From Octopus sinensis (lineage: Eukaryota): a stretch of DNA of 36,777 nt. The translations under genes were made by a program, and so were the position numbers. Where the stretch lies: contig NW_021824675.1 in NCBI RefSeq assembly GCF_006345805.1, positions 1 through 36,777 on the forward strand, in the 5' to 3' direction. Below, piece by piece: positions 1-10,152 of this stretch (the stretch's first letter is position 1; the number at the start of each line of letters is the position of its first letter). A model generated the notes under the pieces. It saw only the letters and a list, made by a program, of their open reading frames with translations. It had not been told where the DNA came from and made no database searches.

Positions 1-299
1 GACATCTAGATAGAGAGATAGATTAGATAGATAGAAGATAGATAGATAGATGCACACACACATATATAAAGAGAGTGACAGACAGAAAGTCAGACGGACA
101 AACATTTCGACAAACAGACAAACAAATCGACAAACGGACAAAATAAGATGGAAGACAATACGAAGCAAGGTGAAGCTAGTGAACGTCGACAGTAATGAAG
201 AGTATGAGATGGTTCCATGCTTGTAGAAGTGGGTGCGTGGTTTACACACACGTGTGTGTGTGTGTGTGTATGTGTTTGTGTATGTGTGTGTGTGTGTAT

Positions 300-1020
300 G
301 TGAATTGTTGTTAACAGAGTTCTATAAAAAAGACGAAGAAGAAGAAGAAGAAGAAGAAGAAGAAGAAGAGAAGAAGAAGAGAAGAAGAAGAAGAAAGAAA
401 GAAGAAGACGAAGAAGAAGAAAGAAGAATAAGAAGAAGAAAAGAAGAAGAAGAAGAAGAAGAAGAAGAGCAGCAGCATGAGTTGGAGAAATTCGTAAGTA
501 TTATACAGAAAACAAGCAGACAGAAATAATTTCGCGAAGTTTTGATGAATAAAAACTGAGTGAAAATAATTTATAACAATCTCGGGAAAAGACGAAGAAC
601 TAGGAAGGGAAGAGGAATGAGAGAGATAAGGAAAATGAGAGAGAAGAGGAGTGAGAGAGATAAAGTGATATAAAGGAACGAAATAAGGAGACAATGTTTA
701 GGAGGAGAACGATTAATTAAAGACAAGCAAAGAGGCTAAGGATATATTAAGGGGTGAGTAAAAGAGAGTGAGTGAGAGAGGAATAAAGAAAGGGAGAGAA
801 AGAAGGGAAGAAAGGGAGATTGGAAGGGAGAGTTACAATGATACAGAGAAACAAAGGAACAGGAATAGAGAAACAAGGAACGATTAAGAGAGGGGGAAAG
901 AGAGTGACAGAGACAGACAGAGAAAAAGAGAGAAGATAGATAGAGAGAGAGAGAGAGGGGGGAGTAGAAGAGAAAGTAGGGAGTAGGAGGGAGACAGACA
1001 AAGGTAGTGGGAGAGAGAAT
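300..1020. repeat. Polypurine (GAA/GA-rich) low-complexity tract
   Basis: (GAA)n at 333-470 and GA-rich sequence to about 1020. Confidence 0.9.
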
Positions 1021-1204
1021 TTTGACTGACAGAATGCCCTGGCAAAGAGCCGTCTGTGCTGACTAGACAGACAGATCGATATTGTTTGCGAATCCCCAAC
1101 CAGAAAAAGTGACTGCTGTCATAGTAAGAGGGTTGTCTTGACCTGGATTGTTGGTGGAGTATTTCTTCGGCATTTCTAAATTCTTTGCATACTAATACAA
1201 TCCT

Positions 1205-1980
1205 CACTTCCCTTCTAAAGTATCCAAATAAGGGAGTTTTGTGTAGTAAGACATAGTAGACAAATCTTAACTCAAATACAATTTCTATTTCCCTTCGAAA
1301 ATACCTCCAATAAAGGTGTTTGTATGTAATAAGACAGTTGCTAAATCTTCCTCAAATTCAATCTCTATTTCCCTTCTAAAATACCCCAATAAAGGAGTTT
1401 GTATATAGAAAAGAATGGTAGCTAAATTTCGCTCAAATATAATCTCTATTTCCCTTCTAAAATAGCCCAATAAAGGAGCTTGAATGAAGTAAGAAATAGT
1501 AGCCAAATCTCTCTCAAATGTAGTATTTATCTCCTTTCTAAAATATGCAATAACGGAGGTTTTATGTAGTGAGAAATAGTAGCGAAATCACCCTCAAATG
1601 CGGTATTTTTATTTCCCTTCTAAATTACCCATATAAAGGGATTTGTTTATAGTAAGGAGGAATAGTCAAATCTTCCTCAAATGCAGCCTTTTTTTCCTTC
1701 TAAAATATCCAATAAGGGATTTTTCGTAAGAAATAGTAGTCAAATTTCCCTCAAAAACAACCTTTATTTCCCTTTTAAAACATTCAAATAAAGGAGTTTC
1801 AACGCAGTAAATCGATTGGTATTGTAAAAAGAGCAGCAAAAAATCTCTCAGAAATACAAACGTCTGCTCTTCGAAAAAAAAAAAGCCAATGATGGAGCGT
1901 GTACGTGATAGATACGACTTTCAGAAATAACAGCTAAACTTTCCTTTAAATACAATTTACTAATCCTTCAAAAGAGCTGC
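1205..1980. repeat. ~81-bp minisatellite, about 8 recognisable diverged units plus a degenerate tail
   Basis: TTCCCTTCTAAAATA-like unit starts at 1208, 1289, 1369, 1450, 1531, 1613, ~1693 and 1768. Confidence 0.85.
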
Positions 1981-2169
1981 AGTAGCTATAATTTCACTGA
2001 AATCATTCATAAACTTCTGTTATTTTAAAATTTTAATGAAGGATACATTGAAAAATGTTTGAATAATAGACATAATGGCTATGGTTCGAATATCTTTGAT
2101 CGTAAATCTGCTATATCACTGCTCGCATAGGACTAAACAACAATATCAATATAACTAACAAGAAGTCCC

Positions 2170-2356
2170 TTACGTGGAAGTTCAACCTGCTAGAAACAGG
2201 GGTCAAAATATCCCTTGGCTCACGCTACAACATTAAAAATTAAAAGGTTTGGAGCAGGAAAAGACACGCTGGCCAATGTACTAGAAAATATTAAAAAGGC
2301 AGGATAGTCACGGCTGGAACACTTTTGACTATAGAGACCTGACCTGGTTGAAACAT
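2170..2356 (+). repeat. Dispersed repeat family E (unclassified)
   Basis: GGATAGTCACGGCTGGAACACTTTTGA...CTGACCTGGTTGAAACATC resembles 17264-17332. Confidence 0.55.
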
Positions 2357-2371
2357 CATTTACATTTTTCA

Positions 2372-2841
2372 TCTTTTACTTGTTTCAGTCATTGGATTGA
2401 GGTGATGCTGAGGACTGATTTAAAAGCTTTTATATGTCTTGCGCTTATTCTATCGGTTTCTTTTGCCGAACCGCTAAGTTAGTTACAGGAACGTAAACAA
2501 ACCAACACCAGTTGTCAAGCAGTGTTGATGACAAACACACGCACACATAATCTCTCGCTCACTCATTCATACACACACACACGAACGTACACACATACAC
2601 ACACACACCACAGAGTTTTTCTCACACACACACACACACTCACACATACATACACACACTCACACTGACACATACATATACACACACACGACGGGCTTCT
2701 GCACAGTTTCCATGTACCAAATTCACTCACAAGACATTGGTCGATCTGAAGGTAAAGTTGGAGACACTTGCTAAAGGTGCCACGCAGTGAGACTGAACCT
2801 GAAACAGCACGATCTTATTAACCATACAGCCACGCCTGCGC
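2372..2841 (-). mobile_element. Family B tRNA-derived CORE-like SINE with internal (CA)n
   Basis: Head GCAGGCGTGGCTGTATGG...GGTTCAGTC, CORE-like ACCTTTAGCAAGTGTC, tail GAAACAAGTAAAAGA. Confidence 0.85.
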
Positions 2842-2965
2842 TTGTATGTAGTTTTAGGTTTTAATTTTTAAACACTTCTACTAATTGTAAGGATAATCTG
2901 TCAGTCGAAGTTTCTCATCTCGCTATTATCTTTATATATATATATATATATATAAAATAAATATA

Positions 2966-3217
2966 TAAATACGCCCTTTTAAAGCCTAGCCAGGCTCATG
3001 GGCCCGGTTTCCCGGTTTCTATGGCGTATGTGTTCCCCAGCTGGACGAGACGCCAGTCCATCGCAGAGTTACTCATTTTTGCTAGCTCAGTGGACTGGAG
3101 CAACGTGAAATGAAGTGTTTTGCTCAAGAACACAACGCGTCGCCCGGTCCAGGAATAGGAACCACAATGTTACGATCATGGTGCTGACACCCTAACCACT
3201 AAGCCACGCGCCTCCAC
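2966..3217 (-). mobile_element. Family C tRNA-derived SINE
   Basis: Head GGCGCGTGGCTTAGTGGTTAGG, body TGTTCTTGAGCAAAACACTTCATTTCACGTTGCTCCAGTCCACT, tail GAAACCGGGAAACCGGGCCCATGAGCC. Confidence 0.85.
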
Positions 3218-3247
3218 TTATATATATATGAGACCCTATAATATATG

Positions 3248-3545
3248 TCAGCTAGTTAATTAATTAGTTAGCTAGTTAGTTCTCTCCGTGCCATGGGCAC
3301 ATGTGGCCGCAATATGACCTCTCCGACCAGCTCTGTTTTCTACCACTGTTCTGGTCTCATTCCAGCTTCTCCACCCTTCTCGTCGCCTTCCCTTGTCAAT
3401 GATTCTTCACCATGTAGTTTTAGGGCGCCCTTCTGCTTTTCCTCCCCTCAGGCTATCACTTTAGATGGACCATAAAAACTCTTTCTCGATTTGGTCCGAG
3501 GACGTGTCCGAGCCACTGCCAGCGCCTGCGTTTTACTTTGTCACT
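3248..3545 (-). mobile_element. RTE-clade LINE, 5'-truncated 3' fragment
   Basis: Minus-strand translation KVKRRRWQWLGHVL...PEGRK/RPKTTW*RIIDKGRRREGWRSWNETRTVVENR...AATCAHGT matches the RTE ORF C-terminus. Ends in short CTAA/CTAG-type repeats. Confidence 0.75.
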
Positions 3546-3568
3546 TAGCGTATATAGCACTCTCTCTT

Positions 3569-3733
3569 ATTTCTTTATTGCCCTCAAGGGGCTAAACATA
3601 GAGGGGACAAACAAGGACAGACAAAGGGATTAAGTCGATTACTTCGACCCCAGAGCGTAAATGGTACTTAATTTATCGACCCCGAAAGGATAAAAGGCAA
3701 AGTTGACCACGGTGGAATTTGAACTCAGAACGT
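3569..3733 (-). mobile_element. Family A SINE, 5'-truncated, tail 1
   Basis: TACGTTCTGAGTTCAAATTCC...TCTATGTTTAGCCCCTTGAGGGCAATAAAGAAAT on the minus strand. Confidence 0.9.
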
Positions 3734-3919
3734 ATCTCTCTACCACACACAATAAATATTTTCCGGCAGATATTTTGTTTGAGAAAACAAATTTGTAATT
3801 CACTAAAACAACGTGTTTTCACAATTAAAGTAATTCTATATAGTAAAAGCCGATACAAACGTGGATTGTTGGTTGATTGGTTAATAGGTTTTCCTCTCTC
3901 GTACAGAGAAAGGATGAGA

Positions 3920-4316
3920 CGATGGATGGATGGAAGCACTCCGTCGGTAACGACGATGAGGGTTCCGGTTGATCCGAATCAACGGAACAGCCTGCTCGTG
4001 AAATTAACGTGTAAGTGGCTGAGCATTCCACAGACACGTGCACCCTTAACGTAGTTCTCGGGGATATTCAGCGTGACACAGAGAGTGACAAGGCCGGCCC
4101 CTTGAAATACAGGTACAACAGAAACAGGAAGTAAGAGTGAGAGAAAGTTGTGGTGAAAGAGTACAGCAGGGATCACCACCATCCCCTACCGGAGCCTCGT
4201 GGAGCTTTTAGGTGTTTTCGTTCAATAAACACTCACAACGCCCGGTCTGGGAATCGAAACCGCGATCCTACGACCGCGAGTCCGCTGCCCTAACCACTGG
4301 GCCATTGCGCCTCCAC
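3920..4316 (-). mobile_element. Family D tRNA-derived SINE with (TCCA)n tail
   Basis: Head GGCGCAATGGCCCAGTGGTTAGGGCAGCGG...GGTTTCGATTCCCAGACCGGGCG (A/B-box like). Ends GACGGAGTGCTTCCATCCATCC. Confidence 0.8.
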
Positions 4317-4840
4317 GGATGAGACGATATAAAAGAAAGACACGGAGAAAGTCGACAATACAGGCGCAAGCTTGAGAGCAGTAGGAAGAAGAGAGAAACA
4401 AAGATACAGAGGCTTCGTGGCGGTAGGAAGAGGAGAGGTAGTAAATGATAGCGTGGTTACGAGAGGAATCATATGAATGAGAATTTTCTTTTAATTAATT
4501 TTATTTTAAGGCAATATTTTTTTTTCGGTTGGAAATTAGTATTAATTTCGTTATTTTGTCTAACAACCAAGAAATTCGATAAAAGTTAAATTATAATTAT
4601 TGCAATGTATATCATATTTCCTGACATCATCCGAAGTGGTAAAAGTATACTTCCGAAGTTTCCTGTCTCATAACTAGTAAGATTCTGGTTAATTAATAAT
4701 TACAGTGTAAAAAAAAAAAAGAAAAGGGACTAAGATAATTAAGGCATAACACTGGAAATTTTGAGGGTAGTGACTCTAGAATTTCATTGGCATTTAAGAG
4801 CCAGAAGGAATGCGGTTAGACATTTTCCTCGATGATTCTT

Positions 4841-5064
4841 ATTTCTTTATTACCCACAAGGGGCTAAACATAGAGGGGACAAACAAGGACAGACAAAGGG
4901 TTTAAGTCGATTACATCGACTCCAGTGCGTAACTGGTACTTAATTTATCGACCCCGAAAGGATGAAAGGCAAAGTTGATCTCGGCGGAATTTGAACTCAG
5001 AACATAACGAATTTACTGCTAAGCATTTTGTCCGGCGTTCTAACGATTCTACCAGCTCGCCACC
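4841..5064 (-). mobile_element. Family A SINE, full length, tail 1
   Basis: Head GGTGGCGAGCTGGTAGAATCGTTAG through tail CCCCTTGTGGGTAATAAAGAAAT. Confidence 0.9.
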
Positions 5065-5092
5065 ATAACACCAATAATTATAATAATAATAA

Positions 5093-5294
5093 TCCCTTCT
5101 ACTATAGGCACAAAGCCTGAAATTTGTGGGGAAGGGGCCAAGTCGACCCCAGTGCTCGACTGGTACTTATTTCATTCGGAAATGATGAAAGACAAAGTCG
5201 ACTTCGGCAGAATCTGAACTCAGAACGTTAAGACAAACGAAATGCCACTGAGCATTTTGTCCGGCGCGGTAACGGCTCTGCCAGTACACCGCCT
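5093..5294 (-). mobile_element. Family A SINE, tail 2
   Basis: Family A head and core, but the tail is AAATTTCAGGCTTTGTGCCTATAGTAGAAGG followed by (ATT)n. Confidence 0.85.
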
Positions 5295-5296
5295 TG

Positions 5297-5330
5297 ATAA
5301 TAATAATAATAATAATAATAATAATATATA

Positions 5331-5371
<41 letters not shown>

Positions 5372-5565
5372 CAACAAGAGGAAGAAGAAAAGAAAGAAAA
5401 GAAAGAAAGAAAGAAAGAAAGAAAGAAAAGAAGAAAAGAAAGAAAAGAAAGAAAGAAAGGGAAAAAGAAAGAACAAGGGAAAAGAAAGAAAGAAAAGAAA
5501 GAAAAAAAGAAGAAAGAAGAAGAAGAAGAAGAAGAAGAAGAAGAAAGAAGAAGAAGAAGAAGAAG
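5297..5565. repeat. (AAT)n then (GAAA/GAA)n simple repeats
   Basis: Directly visible. Confidence 0.95.
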
Positions 5566-5730
5566 ATTTTTTACTATAGGCACGAGGCCTGAAATTTATG
5601 GGTGGGAGATAGTCGATTACATCAACCTCAATGCGTATCTGGTACTTAATTCATCGACCCTGAAAGGATGAAAGGCAAAGTTGACCTCGGCGGAATTTGA
5701 ACTCAGAACGTAAAGTCGGACGATATGCCG
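5566..5730 (-). mobile_element. Family A SINE, 5'-truncated, tail 2
   Basis: Core CTTTGCCTTTCATCCTTTCAGGGTCGATG; tail CAGGCCTCGTGCCTATAGTAAAA. Confidence 0.85.
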
Positions 5731-5739
5731 CGCCCTGAT

Positions 5740-6256
5740 GTAATACCAGACAGTGACCGCCATGGCTTCTGGTCATAACTGATTGGAAGTGTTATCATGT
5801 ACATGTTTTATTTTGGTGTAAAAGATGGGCTACAACAAATATTCTGCTTAACACCACAGATTTGCTTGCCATTTGCTTGACATAAACCAGTTGAGCATGT
5901 CCCTTAGTGGCTGACGATATGTACATCTTTGATCACAAGTAGAAATAGTTATGCGTTGAGAGGAATTCTTTGAGCTTTGAATAATTCGTCCCTGGAAACA
6001 TGTGTGTTTCATTCATCATCCTGAAACAGCTCTTTTTCAGAGACCTTTTGAGCGGAAGAAAATTCTAACTAGGTCCCACCTGCGAGGTCATGCGCTGTTC
6101 ATCTTGAAATGGAATCACCATGTAGCGTTCATATGGTTGTGATGCATGTGCCTGCTGTACCCTTATCAAATAGGTTATTATGATGGGTATATCGGGCTTC
6201 ATATATTTGTACTCCAGTATCACTTTGATGGCATGTATTGCTCGCTTTTTCGCTAA
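5740..6256 (+). mobile_element. Unclassified ~500-bp non-coding retroelement-like repeat, copy 1, ending in (AAT)n
   Basis: Aligns along ~400 bp with 6353-6772 (AAAAGATGGGCTACA...CCAGTTGAGCATGTCCCTTAGTGGCTGACGATATG...ATGATGGGTAT). Confidence 0.7.
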
Positions 6257-6280
6257 ATAATAATTATAATAATAATAATG

Positions 6281-6343
<63 letters not shown>

Positions 6344-6352
6344 TAATAATAA
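6257..6352. repeat. (AAT)n microsatellite
   Basis: Directly visible. Confidence 0.95.
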
Positions 6353-6772
6353 TTGTTTTGTCTTGGTATAAAAGATGGGCTACAGCAAATATTCTGCTCA
6401 ATACCACAGATTTGCTTGTCAGTTGTTTGACCGTAACCAGTTGAGCATGTCCCTTAGTGGCTGACGATATGTGCATCTCTGATCACGAGTAGAAGTAGTG
6501 GGGGAGCATCATAGCCATGTGTTGAGAGGGATTCTTTGGGGTTTGAATGATTCACCTCTGGAAACATGGGTGTTTCATTCAACATCTTTAAACAACCCTT
6601 AATCAGGGACCTTTTGAGTGGGATGGGTTACCCAACCAGAAGAAAATTCTAACTGGGCCCACCCGCAAGGTCATGCGCTGTTTATCTTGTTATGAGATCA
6701 CCATGTCGTGCACATATGGTTGTGATGCATGTGCCTGGTGTACCCTTATCAGACGGGTAGTCATGATGGGTA
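6353..6772 (+). mobile_element. Same unclassified repeat, copy 2 (truncated at both ends)
   Basis: See copy 1. Confidence 0.7.
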
Positions 6773-6828
6773 TTAATAATTCTTTCTACTATAGACATAA
6801 GGCCTGAAATAATAATAGCAACAACAAC

Positions 6829-6829
<1 letters not shown>

Positions 6830-6888
<59 letters not shown>

Positions 6889-6903
6889 TGTAGTAGTTGT
6901 AGT

Positions 6904-6940
<37 letters not shown>
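6830..6940. repeat. (TAG)n microsatellite
   Basis: Directly visible. Confidence 0.95.
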
Positions 6941-6942
6941 CG

Positions 6943-7140
6943 TTTTCTGATATAGGTACAGAGCCTGAAATTTGAGTGGAAGGGGTCAGATGATTAATTT
7001 GACTCTAGTAGTCGTTTGTTACTTTATTTTTTTGACCCTTGAAGAACGGAAGGTGAAGATGACATCGGTGGGATTCGGACTTCGAAAGTGAAAGAGCTGG
7101 AACGAATATTACAAGACTTTCCAATGATTCTGCTCATCTT
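6943..7140 (-). mobile_element. Old, diverged family A SINE (tail 2)
   Basis: Tail-2 motif ATAGGTACAGAGCCTGAAATTT and a degraded core. Confidence 0.55.
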
Positions 7141-7265
7141 GTGTCTTCAGGGTTTCGGGCCTTGTGCCCTATTAAAGAACAAAGATTGAATAACTGGATA
7201 GGGGTTAGTCATACCCGCGACTCTAGTATATGTCTGGTACTTTAATTATCCATTTTTGTTTCCCT

Positions 7266-7407
7266 TTTTACTCTAGGCACAAGCCCCGAACTATTTTGGG
7301 GAAGAGGCCAGTCGATTAGATCAACCCCAGTACGCAACTGGTACTTAATTTATCGACTACGAATGGATGAAAGACAAAGTCGACCTCGGCGGAATTTGAG
7401 CCCAGAA
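7266..7407 (-). mobile_element. Family A SINE, 5'-truncated, tail 2
   Basis: CTGGTACTTAATTTATCGAC...GGATGAAAGACAAAGTCGACCTCGGCGGAATTTGA on the plus strand. Confidence 0.85.
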
Positions 7408-7539
7408 GCTATACTCTAAGTATTCTACTAATGCATAATTATCGGTTCTTTATTTGCCACAAGGACTATGTGTGAGGGACATTAAAGACAAGTTCGATGT
7501 TGTTTTACATCGAGTAGAAAATAAAAGGATAGTGGGGAA

Positions 7540-8477
7540 ATAACTAATCAGAAATGATAGAGATGAAAAGAGCAATAAAAAAATGAGAGAAATATAAAAA
7601 ATATGATGGGGAGGGGTAGAGAAGTAAGAGAGAGGAAGAGATAGAACTGAGAGAGAGAGTGGGATGGAGAAATGAGAAAAGAGGTGTAGGGAAAAGAGAG
7701 AGAGAAATGAAAGGAGAGAAGCAGATGAAGAAGGAGGAATAAAAAGAAGAATAAGGAGAGAAGAATGAAGGAGGTGTAGGAGGAAGATGAGGAAGAAAAA
7801 GGAGGAGGAGGGGAAGAAGAAGAGGAGGAGGAGAAGAAGAAGAAGAAGAAGAAGAAGAAGAAGAAGAAGAAGAAGAAGAAGAAAAAGAAGAAGAAGAAGA
7901 AAGTTTATAGGTAGGAAACGAAAGACAGAGCGAGAACGGAGATGAGGGAGAAAAGTGGTCTTAGAGAGAAAGGAGAGAAGAAAGTTTAAAGATAGAAGAA
8001 AAAGCGACTAAAGTTGATAGAGAGAAAGGAAGGAGACCAGGGAAAGATGAAGAAAATTTATTGGAAAAAAGTGATAGAGGGAAGGGGATTAGAGAGAGAA
8101 CGGGGGAAAATGAGAGTAGGAGAGAGTTTATAAGAGGAAAAGGAGAACCAGACAGAGAGAGAGTAGTGAAAGAGATGAAGGAAATTTATAGGGAGAAAGA
8201 AAACGGGAGAAATTGAGGGGCGGTTGATAAAAAGACAGGAGAAGGATAAGGGAGAAAGTTTATAAAAGTTTATGAATCGGGAAAAGAAATAGTGAGCGAG
8301 GAAGTGACAGAGAGAAAGGAGAAAAGGAGAAGGGAGAGCAGACGAAAGTTTGTTGGGGGAAAGAGAGAGGAGAGAGAGAGCAGAGAGAGAGGAGAGAGAG
8401 AGGCAAAGGGTGATAGAGAGAAAGGTGAGAGAGAGAAGGGGAGAGCAAAAGTTCATAGGTAGCAAAAGAAAAAAAAA
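7540..8477. repeat. Polypurine low-complexity tract
   Basis: Mostly G/A on the plus strand, including (GAA)n at about 7835-7900. Confidence 0.9.
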
Positions 8478-8591
8478 ATGGAAGCTTTATTTCGTGCAAT
8501 CTGTATTGTAGTTGTGATATGTCAAATATGTAGAACAAATATGTCGGTTGAATTATTTCTGAATGGAATTTCATGTATTCCAGATGTGTGA

Positions 8592-9410
8592 GCTGTAGGG
8601 AGGAGGAAGGAGGAAGGTGTAGCGAGGGTGAAAGGGGGATGGTGTTAGGCAGTGTGTTGTGATGTGTGGGCTCGTGTGTTGTAATGTGTATGTATGTCTG
8701 TCTGTGTGTGTGTGTGCTGTGATGTGTGTGTGTGTTTGGGTAGTAGTGCGTGTAGTGGGGTGCGAGCAATTGTGTGTGCATTGTAACATATGCAGTGGTG
8801 TGTTGTGTGATATAGCGGGGCTGTTGATGTAGTACTGCGTGCGTGCGTGCGTGCGTGTGTGTGTGCATGTGTGTGTGTGTGTCTGTGTGTCCAATTGTGT
8901 AGCGGTGTGTAGTGGTGTTCATGTGTTTGGTTTGTGTGGTATGTTGTGTATATTGTAACGCATGTGAGTGTTTGAGTGCCAGTGTAATATGTAGTGAGAA
9001 TGCAAAGCTGAGTGGTGGTGTAAGGTGCTGTGTGTGTGCTTTATGACGTGGTGTGTGTGTATGTGCGTGTGTTATGCTGTAAATGTAGTGTATGTATATA
9101 TGCGTGCGTGTGTGTGCGTGAGTGTGTGTGTGTGTGTGTTGTGCTGTAAATGTAGTGTGTATTATGTTCTGGTGGTATAAGTGTAATGTGTGTGTTATGG
9201 TGTAAGTGTTGTGTGTGTTTGTTTATTGTAAGTGTAATATTTTGTTGTAGTTTAAGTATAGTGTGTGTGTGTGTGAGTGTGTGAGAGTGTGTGTGTTGTG
9301 GTGTAACTGTTGTGTGTGTTTGTTTGTTGTAAGTGTAATATGTATGTTGTGGCTTAAGTGTAGTGTGTTGTGCTATAAGTGTAATCTGTGTGTGTGTATT
9401 GTGGTGTAAA
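8592..9410. repeat. GT-rich cryptically simple tract with ~70-100-bp sub-duplications
   Basis: TGTTGTGTGTGTTTGTTT(A/G)TTGTAAGTGTAATAT at about 9207 and 9308; GCTGTAAATGTAGTG at about 9076 and 9143. Confidence 0.85.
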
Positions 9411-9447
9411 AATCAAGAACAGTGTAATTGTTGTTGGGAGTGGAATA

Positions 9448-9480
9448 TCCAACGTTTCGGACAGAGTTCTTCTTCAAGGA
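9448..9480 (-). ncRNA. Degenerate minimal type-I hammerhead-ribozyme-like motif (Penelope-element type)
   Basis: Minus strand reads TCC-TTGAAGA-A-GAAC-TCT-GTCC-GAAA-CGTT-GGA. Stem I TCC/GGA; stem II with one mismatch; palindromic stem III ACGT. Core C3 is mutated. Confidence 0.45.
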
Positions 9481-9925
9481 GAATCTAACCGGTTTAAAAA
9501 TTAAAAGAAAGACAACAGAGTTTTTTGTCCTCTGTGCTTGAGAAGCCGACTGCAATTGATGGAGATTCCAAAACTACATGAGTGTCATGCGTGGACAAAA
9601 AGTAGTAGGAGGGAGAATCTTAGTGAGAGAAGGAGGAGGGAAAAAATGAGACGAGGAAGAGGACCTGGAGAAGCTAGAGAAGATGAGATTGAAGGGAAGG
9701 AGGAAACAGAAATGAGAGAAGTATACGGATATAAAAGGAAGGAACGTTTCATATTTGAACCTCGTATTTGTCTTTTACTTCTATACCACTTCTTAATGCA
9801 GCACACATTTTTTATTCTCATTTCATTTCTTCCCTTCACCTGCTTCACGCATTCGCTTCACATTTCCTTTCTCTTTCCTTAATGGTGAAATCTTCAGCTA
9901 CTCGTGTAAAAAAGAAAGAGACTAA

Positions 9926-9988
9926 GGCGGCGAGCGGGCAGAATCGTTAGCACGCCGGGCGAAATGTTTAGCGGTATTTCAGCTGCCG
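9926..9988 (+). mobile_element. Family A tRNA-derived SINE, 5' head (left half of the element split by the LINE)
   Basis: GGCGGCGAGCGGGCAGAATCGTTAGCACGCCGGGCGAAATGTTTAGCGGTATTTC matches the head of the intact copies at 28551-28780 and 23131-23345 (minus strand). Confidence 0.85.
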
Positions 9989-10152
9989 CACATGTGTTCG
10001 TGAAGTAAGAATTGCTGTTTCGTGGTGTTAATATTGTTAACAACTGTTGTTTCTTGTTAAACTGTTGAATAACTTAACTGTTGGAGTTTTCAATTGAAAA
10101 CACTTAGTGCTTGTGGTAGCACGCGTTGTTCATTCCCCCTTTGGTGGGAAGA

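Noticed and set aside
1205-1980. CRISPR-like array (regular ~81-bp spacing)
   Set aside because: Whole units are homologous, with no unique spacers and no cas genes, in a eukaryotic context. It is a minisatellite.
3920-3935. (TCCA)n tail of the family D SINE as evidence of partnership with the (GATG)n-tailed RTE at 36519-36777
   Set aside because: In element-sense orientation the two tails are reverse complements of each other, and the upstream sequence is not shared.
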